64,000 bases of DNA from Bdellovibrionota bacterium (lineage in GTDB: Bacteria > Bdellovibrionota_C > UBA2361 > CALJRW01), in the NCBI GenBank assembly GCA_041740355.1, contig JBGSMD010000030.1, positions 32,001 through 96,000 of the forward strand. Direction: 5' to 3'. The notes beneath the pieces were generated by a model, which saw only the letters and a list, made by a program, of their open reading frames with translations, made no database searches and was not told the origin of the DNA. This document shows positions 51,170-60,658 of the stretch, in pieces. The stretch's first letter is position 1, and the number at the start of each line of letters is the position of its first letter. Both the position numbers and the translations under genes were made by a program.

Positions 51170-51676
51170 ATGGAAGATATCGAGACTCAATTAATTACAA
51201 GTTCTAAATATTACTTTGCGGATTATCCGGAAGGAATACCCTTAGAATTAATGCTCAAGGCGCAAACTACTGCCAAAGAAAAGGCTAGAAATTTAGTTGC
51301 TAGTCAAAAAACAGAATTAACGCCTTTCATTTTTTTAGTTGATTTTCAGAATACAAGTAATCCGGCGAGCCAAGAGTTAACTATTTTCTTAGATCAGATC
51401 ATTAATCAGGGGTTAAATTTACAGACTCCTAATTATCAAATCATTACAATCGAAAAATTTGATCCAAAAATTTACAATGAATGCTCACGACTACTAGTAG
51501 TCTTTGGTGCGGAGTCATTGCTAAGACTCTCGATTAAACGTGAGTTTTCGAAAGTACGTAACCTAATTATTCCCAGAGAAAGATTTGATTTATTAATTAC
51601 TGATAGTTTGTCTGAAATTAAAAATAACCCAAAAATCAAAAAACAATTTTGGGAGGTTTTAAAAAAATATGCTTAA
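51170..51676 (+). CDS. Hypothetical protein, possible degenerate uracil-DNA-glycosylase-like fold
   Basis: Position directly after coaBC; LLVVFG and C-terminal NP.IKKQFWEVLK. Confidence 0.45.
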   Translation: MEDIETQLITSSKYYFADYPEGIPLELMLKAQTTAKEKARNLVASQKTELTPFIFLVDFQNTSNPASQELTIFLDQIINQGLNLQTPNYQIITIEKFDPKIYNECSRLLVVFGAESLLRLSIKREFSKVRNLIIPRERFDLLITDSLSEIKNNPKIKKQFWEVLKKYA

Positions 51677-52964
51677 ATTTATTTTAAATTTATTTTTAAT
51701 TTTTTTACTGCCGGGATTGGTAATGGCAGCTCCTCAACCACATGTCGCTTTAGTCGACATGGATATGATGATTTTGCCCGGCACCCAGGGTTATTTAGAG
51801 AATAGCATTCAGCAGGCTAAAACTAGTGGAGCTAAGTTAATTATCCTTAAATTAAATACTCCAGGTGGAATAATTCAAACTTCCCAAGAAATGATTCAAG
51901 GTATTTTTGAATCACCAGTCCCAATCGTAGTTTTTGTCTCACCAACCGGGGCGACTGCTACTTCCGCTGGAGTTTTTATTACGATGGCTGGACATGTCGC
52001 AGCAATGTCTCCGGGAACAAGTATCGGAGCTGCTCATCCAGTAAGTGGAGAAGGTAAAGATATCGAAGGTGATATGCGCCTGAAAACCGAGAACATGACA
52101 ATCGCTATGGTCAAATCAATTAGTGAACGGCGTGGTCGAAACGTTGAATGGGCAGAAGATTCCGTGAAAAATAGTTCTTCAATTACTGCCAATGAAGCAC
52201 TGTCCAAGAAAGTAATTGATTTTGTGGCTAAAGACTTATTGGACCTTCTAAAACAACTTAGTGGGAAAAAAATCATTTTAAAGGATCAAGAATTTAAAAT
52301 TGAAGATTATTCAGAGCTACCAATCGTTGAGTATCAAATGTCTTTTAAAAATAAAGTGATTAATGTCATGTCCAATCCAAGTGTGGCTGCTCTCCTCTGG
52401 CTTGGAGCGACAACGGGACTTTCGATTGAGTTGTATAGTCCAGGAGCAATCTTACCAGGAGTTGTTGGAATTATCTGCTTAATTTTAGCCTTAGCTGTAA
52501 TGCAAATTATACCAATTACGCAAACTGGAATGATCTTGTTCGGAGTAGGAGCTTTGATGTTAGCTTCGGAAATGTTTATTCCTAGTGGAATTCTTGCTAT
52601 CGGAGGAATAATTGCGATGGTTCTTGGGTCGATTTATCTGATCGATCCAACAGCAGCACCCGGCCTTTCCGTTAATTTAAATTTAGTTATTCCGGTGGCG
52701 GTTTGTGCTGGTATAATTGTTCTTTGGATTATGAGAGAACTACTTAACGTTAAGAATAACTCAGCAGTGACCGGAATGCCAACCTTAGTTGGGGAAAGAA
52801 CCGTTATTGACGAAAATTATTTGAAGAGAGAGACAATTTTTATAAATGGGGAAATTTGGAAAGTTGAGTTGCAAAATGACTCGCCACCAGTGATAGAAAA
52901 TGATACGGTAGAGGTGCTCGAAGTTAAAGATGGGCTAATCTTAGTAGTCAAAAAAGTTGAGTAA
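51669..52964 (+). CDS. nfeD: NfeD-family membrane-bound serine protease
   Basis: LNTPGG, ATSAG, AAMSPGTSIGAAHPV, RGRN.EWAE, C-terminal OB fold (GEIW). Confidence 0.93.
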   Translation: MLKFILNLFLIFLLPGLVMAAPQPHVALVDMDMMILPGTQGYLENSIQQAKTSGAKLIILKLNTPGGIIQTSQEMIQGIFESPVPIVVFVSPTGATATSAGVFITMAGHVAAMSPGTSIGAAHPVSGEGKDIEGDMRLKTENMTIAMVKSISERRGRNVEWAEDSVKNSSSITANEALSKKVIDFVAKDLLDLLKQLSGKKIILKDQEFKIEDYSELPIVEYQMSFKNKVINVMSNPSVAALLWLGATTGLSIELYSPGAILPGVVGIICLILALAVMQIIPITQTGMILFGVGALMLASEMFIPSGILAIGGIIAMVLGSIYLIDPTAAPGLSVNLNLVIPVAVCAGIIVLWIMRELLNVKNNSAVTGMPTLVGERTVIDENYLKRETIFINGEIWKVELQNDSPPVIENDTVEVLEVKDGLILVVKKVE

Positions 52965-53007
52965 TGTCATTTTCTCAATCAAAAATGGATTTAAAAAATA
53001 AAAAAAT

Positions 53008-53751
53008 ATGGGAACCACATTAATTATATTAGCAGTTTTTCTAGTAATTGTTTTTATGAACACAGTTCATGTTCTTCCTGAATATGAAAGGGCTGTAGTA
53101 TTTACACTGGGAAGATTAGGGGGTCTAAAAGGTCCAGGATTAATTATTGTTGTGCCGTTCTTTCAAAAAATTGTTCGTATTGATATTCGAACAATTACTA
53201 TGGATGTTCCTTCGCAAGATATTATTACAAAAGATAACATTACTGTTAAAGTAAATGCTGTGCTTTATTACCGAGTAGTAGATCCTTCAAAAGCTTTAGT
53301 GCAAGTCGAAGACTATCACTACGCTACAAATCAATTAGCACAGACAACGCTTCGAAGTGTATGTGGTGAGGTGGAGTTAGACCAGTTGCTTTCCGAACGA
53401 GATGACATTAACCAAAGAATTCAAACAATCATTGATAAGCAAACAGATCCATGGGGAGTAAAAATTTCTTTAGTAGAAATTAAGAACATCGATTTGCCAC
53501 AAGAGATGCAAAGAGCGATGGCTAAACAAGCTGAAGCTGAAAGAGAAAGAAGAGCAAAAGTTATTCAAGCGGAAGGGGAGTACCAAGCTGCTACTAAACT
53601 AACCGAAGCTGCTGCCATTATGGCAACTGAGCCAATTACAATTCAGCTGCGCTACTTAGAGACTCTTCGAGATATTTCTGCGGAGAATAGTTCAACGGTT
53701 CTTTTTCCGATTCCATTAGATTTCATGAGAGCCTTCATGGATAAGAAGTAG
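53008..53751 (+). CDS. SPFH/slipin (stomatin-like) protein
   Basis: [42 protein letters not shown]. Confidence 0.95.
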   Translation: MGTTLIILAVFLVIVFMNTVHVLPEYERAVVFTLGRLGGLKGPGLIIVVPFFQKIVRIDIRTITMDVPSQDIITKDNITVKVNAVLYYRVVDPSKALVQVEDYHYATNQLAQTTLRSVCGEVELDQLLSERDDINQRIQTIIDKQTDPWGVKISLVEIKNIDLPQEMQRAMAKQAEAERERRAKVIQAEGEYQAATKLTEAAAIMATEPITIQLRYLETLRDISAENSSTVLFPIPLDFMRAFMDKK

Positions 53752-53758
53752 GTCAAAG

Positions 53759-54763
53759 TTGGATTTTTTTAATTATCAGTTACCTGCGGAAAGAATTGCG
53801 CAGCGACCAGTTTATCCTTATGATCAGGCAAAGCTATTAATAGTAGATCGCGAATTCGATCAAATGCGCGTTGATAGTTTTTCTAATATTGCTAACTATT
53901 TAAGAGCAAATGATTTATTAATCTTTAATAATACAGCGGTTAGACCTTCTCGGCTTTTTGGAAAGCTAAGTACTGGTGGTCATCTTGAATTATTACTTGT
54001 TAGGAGTTCCAAAGAATCTACATGGTGGTGTTTAGCTAGGCCCCTCAAAAAACTGCTTCAAGGTAAAATTTTATATTTTGAGGAAGGTTTAGAAGGTATT
54101 GTTTTAGAGCAGAATACGCAACAAGTACTTATCGAATTTAATTTGACTGATGATCGGATTAAAGAAATCGCGCTGATGCCAATTCCACCATACATCCGAA
54201 GGGGGCATGGTGACAAACAAGACCTCATTGATTATCAAACGTCCTTTGCTGAAATTGAAGGATCGATTGCGGCTCCAACAGCAAGCCTACATTTTACTCC
54301 GGAGTTGCTTACAAAGTTAAAAGCAAAAGAAATTTCTCTGGAGTATTTAACCTTACATGTGGGTACGGCAAGTTTCTTACCTTTGCAATTTAATGATCAA
54401 GATTCAATAACACCTCCTGGGTCAGAAGATTTTTGGGTTAACGAAGATTTGATTAAGAAGATTTTGCAAACAAAAGCAAATCGAGGTCGTGTCATTGCTG
54501 TGGGGACAACGGCGGTAAGGGCCTTAGAAAGTAGTAATTTAACAATCAATAATTATCATGGTTCAACTGAACTCTTTATTCAACCTGGCTATAAATTTAA
54601 AGTAATTGATGCTATGGTCACCAACTTCCATCAGCCTAGTACAACACATTTAATGTTAGTTCAGGCCTTTCTGGGATATAATTTAATTAATGAGAGCTAT
54701 AAATTTGCCTTGGAAAATGAATTTAGGTTTCTGAGTTATGGAGATGGAATGCTATGTCTTTAA
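53759..54763 (+). CDS. queA: S-adenosylmethionine:tRNA ribosyltransferase-isomerase
   Basis: F.Y.LP.ERIAQ.P, PIPPYI, AAPTASLHF, LHVG, AVGTT..RALES, TNFH.P, RFLSYGDGM. Confidence 0.96.
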   Translation: MDFFNYQLPAERIAQRPVYPYDQAKLLIVDREFDQMRVDSFSNIANYLRANDLLIFNNTAVRPSRLFGKLSTGGHLELLLVRSSKESTWWCLARPLKKLLQGKILYFEEGLEGIVLEQNTQQVLIEFNLTDDRIKEIALMPIPPYIRRGHGDKQDLIDYQTSFAEIEGSIAAPTASLHFTPELLTKLKAKEISLEYLTLHVGTASFLPLQFNDQDSITPPGSEDFWVNEDLIKKILQTKANRGRVIAVGTTAVRALESSNLTINNYHGSTELFIQPGYKFKVIDAMVTNFHQPSTTHLMLVQAFLGYNLINESYKFALENEFRFLSYGDGMLCL

Positions 54764-55881
54764 ACACCCACCAATTAATTAAACAAGATGGCACTGCTCG
54801 TCTAGGTAATTACACAACTTTACATGGGATTTTTGAAACTCCCAATTTTATGCCCGTGGGAACTAAGGCCAGTGTTAAAGGTGTCGATGTTCAAAGGCTT
54901 AGTGAGATTGGTACTCAAATAACTTTAGTTAATACCTATCATTTATGGTTAAGGCCTGGTCCTGAATTAATTGAACAATTTGGTGGGATTCATAAGTTTT
55001 GTGGTTGGTCAGGACCAATCTTGAGTGATAGTGGTGGATTTCAAATCTATAGCCTAAAAGCAATTCGTAAATTAGAAGAAGAGGGAGTAACTTTTAAGTC
55101 TCACCTAGATGGTAAAGTGTTATTTCTGTCTCCCGAGAAGGCCATTCAAATTCAGGAAGCTTATGGTGTTGATGTGGCGATGGTTCTTGATGAATGTCCC
55201 GATGCCACGCTCAGTTGGCAAAAGATTTCGGACTCGCTTGATCGAACGTTGCGTTGGAGCGAAAGATGTTTAGCTGCTAGGCGCAAACAAACTGCAATTT
55301 TTGGAATCACCCAAGGAGCGCTTTATCCTGATTTACGTCAAAAATCAGCGGAAGTTTTAGCAGCTCAAAACTTTGATGGTTTGGCAATTGGTGGCCTAAG
55401 TGTAGGAGAAACTACGGATCAGATGTACGAAGTTTTGAGTTATCACGTTGATCATTTACCAAAAAATAAAATTCGTTACTTAATGGGAGTTGGGACTCCT
55501 CAGGATATCACTGAAGCAGTTTATCGTGGTATTGATTTGTTTGATTGCGTGATGCCGACGCGTTCGGGACGCTTTGGAAGGGCATTTGTTTCCGGCGATC
55601 AGCCATATATTAATGTAAAAAATTCTCAGTATGCCACCTTAGACCAGGCAATCGATCCAAATTGTGATTGTTTTGCTTGTCGCACTTATTCTTTAGCCTA
55701 TGTACATCATTTATTTAAAGTTGATGAAATGTTGGGCCCTCAATTGCTTAGCATTCATAATCTTCGCTACTATTTGAAATTAATGGAAAATATTCGCGCG
55801 GCAATTAAAGCTGATACTTATGATAAGTTTCATCAAGAGGAACAAAGTCGCTGGAAAAATTTTCGCTTAACTAAGTCATGA
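54754..55881 (+). CDS. tgt: tRNA-guanine transglycosylase
   Basis: TPNFMPVGT, NTYHL, DSGGFQ, YLMGVG, DLFDCVMPTR, C.C..C Zn site, HNL. Confidence 0.97.
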   Translation: MSLNTHQLIKQDGTARLGNYTTLHGIFETPNFMPVGTKASVKGVDVQRLSEIGTQITLVNTYHLWLRPGPELIEQFGGIHKFCGWSGPILSDSGGFQIYSLKAIRKLEEEGVTFKSHLDGKVLFLSPEKAIQIQEAYGVDVAMVLDECPDATLSWQKISDSLDRTLRWSERCLAARRKQTAIFGITQGALYPDLRQKSAEVLAAQNFDGLAIGGLSVGETTDQMYEVLSYHVDHLPKNKIRYLMGVGTPQDITEAVYRGIDLFDCVMPTRSGRFGRAFVSGDQPYINVKNSQYATLDQAIDPNCDCFACRTYSLAYVHHLFKVDEMLGPQLLSIHNLRYYLKLMENIRAAIKADTYDKFHQEEQSRWKNFRLTKS

Positions 55882-56327
55882 GATTATTATTCCTGATAGT
55901 ATTGATCTTAGCTAATAGCATCCAGGCGGAAAGTGCTGTTAAAGAATTGAATTTAACTAGTAGTGCCAGCAGTTATCATGAGGATTTACCAATCACTTTG
56001 ACTGTAAAGTTTAAACTTAATGCTGGATGGCATATCTACGCGAAAGAGCCCGGTAAGTTTGGTTTGCCAACGGAATTCAGTTTAAAAAGTTCCAGTAAGA
56101 TTAACTCAGACGAATGGCAATATCCTAAAGCAGAAAAATTTGAAGAGCTTACAGGGGATATCACTTTTGGATACAGAGATTCTGCCGAGTTTAATTTGCA
56201 AGTAACTCCTGAGTATAACTTTAAAAAAAATCTTGATTTTGAAGTAGACGCTAAGTGGTTGGCCTGTAATCAAGAACTCTGTGTGCCTGGTCAAAAGATT
56301 TTAAGTCTAAGTTTGCCTTACAAATAG
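55878..56327 (+). CDS. DsbD N-terminal-domain exported protein
   Basis: Signal peptide; GWHIY...PG..GLPT; WLAC...CVP. Confidence 0.85.
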   Translation: MRLLFLIVLILANSIQAESAVKELNLTSSASSYHEDLPITLTVKFKLNAGWHIYAKEPGKFGLPTEFSLKSSSKINSDEWQYPKAEKFEELTGDITFGYRDSAEFNLQVTPEYNFKKNLDFEVDAKWLACNQELCVPGQKILSLSLPYK

Positions 56328-56330
56328 CAC

Positions 56331-56840
56331 TTAGGTATCTTCGTGATGTAAGTGATCATCTTCCGGATCGATCATTTTATTTTGATTTCTAAAAGATCTT
56401 TGCTTGATAAAAGTCCAAGTAATAATTCGTGATACCATAATCACAACTAGGCTGATAATCACAGCAATAATCGCCAGTGGAGTTTCTCCCAGTCCAGTTA
56501 AGATTCCAACTGCGGCTGTAAACCAAATGTAGGCTGCAGTGGTAAGCCCATTTACCGTTCCTCCGGAACGAAAGATTGTACCAGCACCAAGAAATCCAAT
56601 ACCTGTAACAATTTGAGCTGCAATTCTTCCGGGATCAGCACCAGGGACATCTTCCGCAATAATCTTAGAGGTAATTGTGAAAAGACAACTTCCTAAACAA
56701 ATTAAACTAAATGTTTTAGGGCCAGAAGACTTTTTAGAAACTTTACGCTCTAAACCGACAATTCCACCTAGTAGCGAAGCAATTAACAACATGCTAATCT
56801 CATGAGAGAAATGACTGGTAATTTCAATTATATAATTCAT
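56331..56840 (-). CDS. MgtC/SapB family membrane protein
   Basis: GGIVGLER, DPGRIAAQIVTGIGFLGAG, GLTTAA.IW. Confidence 0.93.
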   Translation of the reverse strand: MNYIIEITSHFSHEISMLLIASLLGGIVGLERKVSKKSSGPKTFSLICLGSCLFTITSKIIAEDVPGADPGRIAAQIVTGIGFLGAGTIFRSGGTVNGLTTAAYIWFTAAVGILTGLGETPLAIIAVIISLVVIMVSRIITWTFIKQRSFRNQNKMIDPEDDHLHHEDT

Positions 56841-56956
56841 TACCGAAGTTTAGCTTGTTCTGTTTGTTTTCAAAATAGGAATTTTTATAGTAATTCTCTA
56901 TAGTATTGAATTATTTTCTTCAGCATAGTTGGCCAATCGTTTATCCAAATCCTTGA

Positions 56957-58303
56957 ATGATATTAGTCATACTTTTTTTAGTTATTCTAATTGTCCTGAC
57001 GGCACTATACGTGGCAGCAGAGTTTGCCGCCGTTGGTGTTAGGCATACCCAGATTAAGTCTTATGCTGATAATGGTAACGCCTTAGCAAAAAGATTACTT
57101 CCGATATTAGAAGATGCCCGAGGCCTAGATCGCTACATAGCTTGTTGCCAAGTTGGTATTACATTAACCAGTCTGATTTTAGGAGCAATTGGTCAACTAA
57201 GTTTAGGTAGGTTTTTGGGCGATATGATTATTTCAATTTTTGAAATAACAGCAGTCCAAGCTTACTCCATCTCCGCATTAATTACCTTGATCATCTTAAC
57301 TGTCTCTCAAGTGATTTTTGGAGAACTGATCCCAAAATCACTTGCTCTGCAGTTTCCTATTAAAACTGCCCTTTGGACCGTCATTCCGATGGAATGGTCC
57401 TTGAGGTTGTTAGGGCCATTTATCACTTTTCTGAACGGTAGTGGAAATATTTTATTAAAATGCATTGGGATCCAACCAGCGACGCACAGTCATATCCATT
57501 CGCCCCAAGAAATAGCCATGTTGATTGCGGAAAGTAGGGATGGTGGTTTTTTGGAAGAAGAAGAATTTAAGAGATTAAATCAGGCTCTTACTTTATCATC
57601 AAAAACAGCGCACCAGATTATGGTGCCAAGACAGGAAATTAGAGCAATCGATATTGATTTGCCAATTGAGCAAATTGTTAAAAATTTAGTGGACAGCCCC
57701 TATACCAGATTACCAGTTTATCGTGATACGATTGATAAAGTTATCGGTGTTGTTCGAGTTAAAGATCTTGTTACAAAGTATTCACGTGAAGAAACATTTA
57801 GTTCAATTGCCGAGTTAATTGCTCCAGTAACCTTAGTGCCAGAATCAATCAGTGCGGAAAGAGTCTTAACATTATTACGAGAAAAAGGGGCACACCAAGC
57901 TCTGGTTGTAGATGAACATGGATCTCTTAAAGGTTTGATTACCTTAGAAGATGTTTTATCAGAATTATTTGGCGAAATCGCCGATGAATTTAAAGTTAAA
58001 GGTGAAGCGAATTTTGAAGTATTAGGACAAGATCGGTTTAGAGTTCCGGGCAAAATTCGATTAGATCATTTAGCAAGCAAAACGGGGATTGATTTTCAGG
58101 GAGATGCTGACACGCTTAGTGGCTATCTTGTGGAAAAATTGGGTTTTTTGCCAAAAGGAAAAGAAATCCTAGAGGTAGATGGTTGGCGAATTAGAATTGA
58201 AAAAGTTAAAAACCATGTTGTTAGCACAGCTGTTATTCGTAAGTTGAAAGTTGCTGATATAATTTCTGAAGCCATGAGCTCTGATCTTCAGGAGAAAGAA
58301 TGA
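56957..58303 (+). CDS. Hemolysin-family (CNNM/DUF21-CBS-CorC) protein
   Basis: YVAAEFA, QVGIT, FGELIPK, MVPR, YTRLPVY, VVDEHG...G.ITLED. Confidence 0.93.
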   Translation: MILVILFLVILIVLTALYVAAEFAAVGVRHTQIKSYADNGNALAKRLLPILEDARGLDRYIACCQVGITLTSLILGAIGQLSLGRFLGDMIISIFEITAVQAYSISALITLIILTVSQVIFGELIPKSLALQFPIKTALWTVIPMEWSLRLLGPFITFLNGSGNILLKCIGIQPATHSHIHSPQEIAMLIAESRDGGFLEEEEFKRLNQALTLSSKTAHQIMVPRQEIRAIDIDLPIEQIVKNLVDSPYTRLPVYRDTIDKVIGVVRVKDLVTKYSREETFSSIAELIAPVTLVPESISAERVLTLLREKGAHQALVVDEHGSLKGLITLEDVLSELFGEIADEFKVKGEANFEVLGQDRFRVPGKIRLDHLASKTGIDFQGDADTLSGYLVEKLGFLPKGKEILEVDGWRIRIEKVKNHVVSTAVIRKLKVADIISEAMSSDLQEKE

Positions 58304-59580
58304 CCGCAACATTAATTATTCTATTACTTTTATTATTAAACGCCTTATTTGTCTTGGCAGAGTTTGCGCTTTTAGCTGCCCCTAAAACTATTATCGAAGG
58401 TCGTGCTAATCAAGGCGAGAAGCTCGCTCGCAAGGTTTTAGATTTAATAGAAGATCCAAAGCTTCAAGATCGTTATATTGGGACTGCGCAGTTAGGTATT
58501 ACTTTGGCCAGTTTAGGACTGGGGATGTATGGTGAGCATGTTTTAGCGAATTGGTTTTTTCAGCAATTTGAATACCTGGGGTTAACGGCGATCGTTGGAA
58601 TTCATGCCGCCGCCACCATTCTTTCTATTTCGGTTCTAACATTTCTTCACATTGTTCTGGGAGAAATGATTCCTAAGTCGATTGCTTTACAAAATAGTGA
58701 AACTCCCATGATGATCATTGCTAGACCAATGATTTTTATAAATTTCTTGTTATATCCATTTGTTGCTATCTTAAACTGGATTAGTTATTTCCTGTTAAAA
58801 ATCTGCGGAATTAAGCGTGAAGAAGCCTCCTCACGTTTTTATACTCCTGATGAGTTAGAGATGATTGTTGAAAAAAGCCAAGAAGTAGGTTTAATTCATA
58901 AAGACTCTGGACAAGTAATTAAAGACTTACTGAAGTTTGGTGATCTAACTGCTTACTCGGCAATGACCCCTCGAGTGCATGTTGCTGGAATTCCTGTAGG
59001 CGCTGATTATGCCAAGTTGCGAGAGATAATTGGAGAAGATTCTCATACTCGCTATCCAGTTTATGATGAAAATTTAGACCACATTGTTGGTGTAATTCAT
59101 ATTAAAGAAATCCTTTCCATTTTAATCAATAAAAATTCGATTAGTGCAGATGCTGTCCGTAGCATTCCCTATATTCCAGAGAACACCCCTTTGGACTCAG
59201 TCTTCAATACAATGAGGAATGAACGTGCCCAAATGATCGTGGTGATGGATGAACATGGAGGAACTTCCGGGATAATTACGATTGAAGATTTATTCGAAGA
59301 AATTGTTGGTGAAATTGAGGAAGGGAATAATGAAACTCCTGACGAGGAGGATCCATCCACGATAATTGTAGTTGGAACAGAGCGACTAGATGAAGTCGCG
59401 GAAAGTTTAGGTTCAATTCTAGAACATGAAGATGTCGAAACTGTTAGTGGGTTAGTTTTATCTCTTCTTGGTCGCCCTCCAGTTATTGGTGATAAAGTTC
59501 ATTTTCAAGGATTAGAATTTAAAGTTTTAGAAATTGAAGGGCATGGTGTCTCTGAATGTCGAGTAAGGATAATAGTTTAA
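58300..59580 (+). CDS. Hemolysin-family (CNNM/DUF21-CBS-CorC) protein, tandem paralog
   Basis: FVLAEFA, QLGIT, LGEMIPK, MTPR, HTRYPVY, DEHGGTSGIITIED. Confidence 0.93.
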   Translation: MTATLIILLLLLLNALFVLAEFALLAAPKTIIEGRANQGEKLARKVLDLIEDPKLQDRYIGTAQLGITLASLGLGMYGEHVLANWFFQQFEYLGLTAIVGIHAAATILSISVLTFLHIVLGEMIPKSIALQNSETPMMIIARPMIFINFLLYPFVAILNWISYFLLKICGIKREEASSRFYTPDELEMIVEKSQEVGLIHKDSGQVIKDLLKFGDLTAYSAMTPRVHVAGIPVGADYAKLREIIGEDSHTRYPVYDENLDHIVGVIHIKEILSILINKNSISADAVRSIPYIPENTPLDSVFNTMRNERAQMIVVMDEHGGTSGIITIEDLFEEIVGEIEEGNNETPDEEDPSTIIVVGTERLDEVAESLGSILEHEDVETVSGLVLSLLGRPPVIGDKVHFQGLEFKVLEIEGHGVSECRVRIIV

Positions 59581-59589
59581 AAGGGAGAT

Positions 59590-60630
59590 ATGAATTTAAT
59601 CAAATTATTTTTTATTTGCTTGGTAGTTTTTCCATTTTCAGCATTTGCAGATCGGAAAATAAAAATTGGTATCAGTTTACCATTGTCAGGTGAAGTGTCA
59701 TATATGGGTAATGACATCAGAAACAGTTTGGAATTTATTAATAAAGAGATTGGAGGTGATAAGTTTGAACTTGTTTTTGAAGATGACAAATGCCAACCAA
59801 AGGAAGCTACAGCAGTCGCTAATAAATTAATTAATGTTGATCAGGTGAAGGCGGTACTTGTTAGTTGTACCATGTCGATTATACCAACAGCGACTATTTA
59901 TCAAAAAAGTAATATTCCGGTAATTGTCACCTTAGGATCGTCATCACAAATAGCTAAGCTCGGAGCTGGCATATTTCGAGTTAGTACTAATGATTACTTT
60001 GCAGCAAAAAAATACTATGAAACTACAATCAAAGATCATCGAAAAATTTTAGCTTTAGTTGATGAGAATGATTATTCCATAGCATTCTTTAATGATCTAA
60101 AAAGTTTTTTCCAACCCCATCAAGAAATTAAACATGAATTCTTTAAAGTTGATAATTTAGATTTTAGAAGTCTTGTTCTTCGCAATAAAAGTTATAATCC
60201 TGATGGGATAGTAATCCTTCCACTTAGTCAGGAGCCGCTGATCAGTTTAATCAGACAAATTAGAGGACAGGGCCTTAATCAAAAAATTTATACAGCGTAC
60301 ATGCAGTTTCCGAACGGTATTTTAGCTGGAATTGAAGGTGATGGGGTTTATAATTTGATTAATACTAATATATCACAAAGTTACACTGAAGCTGGTAATA
60401 ATCTTTATCAAAAATTTTTATCATTATACCCAAAACCAAGCTATGATTTAACGTTTGTCGGATCGATCGAAGCTTATCGATCAATAACTCAAGCAATCCT
60501 TAATTCACCAGATGATATTAATAATTATTTAACTTCGGCAACTTTCAATGGTTTAATTGGTAATTGGAAATTCAATAAAGATCGGGAAGTTGATTTTTGG
60601 AATTTTGAAGTACAGAAAGTTTCGAATTGA
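59590..60630 (+). CDS. LivK-like periplasmic substrate-binding protein
   Basis: Signal peptide; IKIG.SLPLSG, EDDKC.P..A...ANKLI..D.V; GGGAGA RBS. Confidence 0.88.
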   Translation: MNLIKLFFICLVVFPFSAFADRKIKIGISLPLSGEVSYMGNDIRNSLEFINKEIGGDKFELVFEDDKCQPKEATAVANKLINVDQVKAVLVSCTMSIIPTATIYQKSNIPVIVTLGSSSQIAKLGAGIFRVSTNDYFAAKKYYETTIKDHRKILALVDENDYSIAFFNDLKSFFQPHQEIKHEFFKVDNLDFRSLVLRNKSYNPDGIVILPLSQEPLISLIRQIRGQGLNQKIYTAYMQFPNGILAGIEGDGVYNLINTNISQSYTEAGNNLYQKFLSLYPKPSYDLTFVGSIEAYRSITQAILNSPDDINNYLTSATFNGLIGNWKFNKDREVDFWNFEVQKVSN

Positions 60631-60658
60631 TATTATGTAATTTAAAAAATACCAATAT

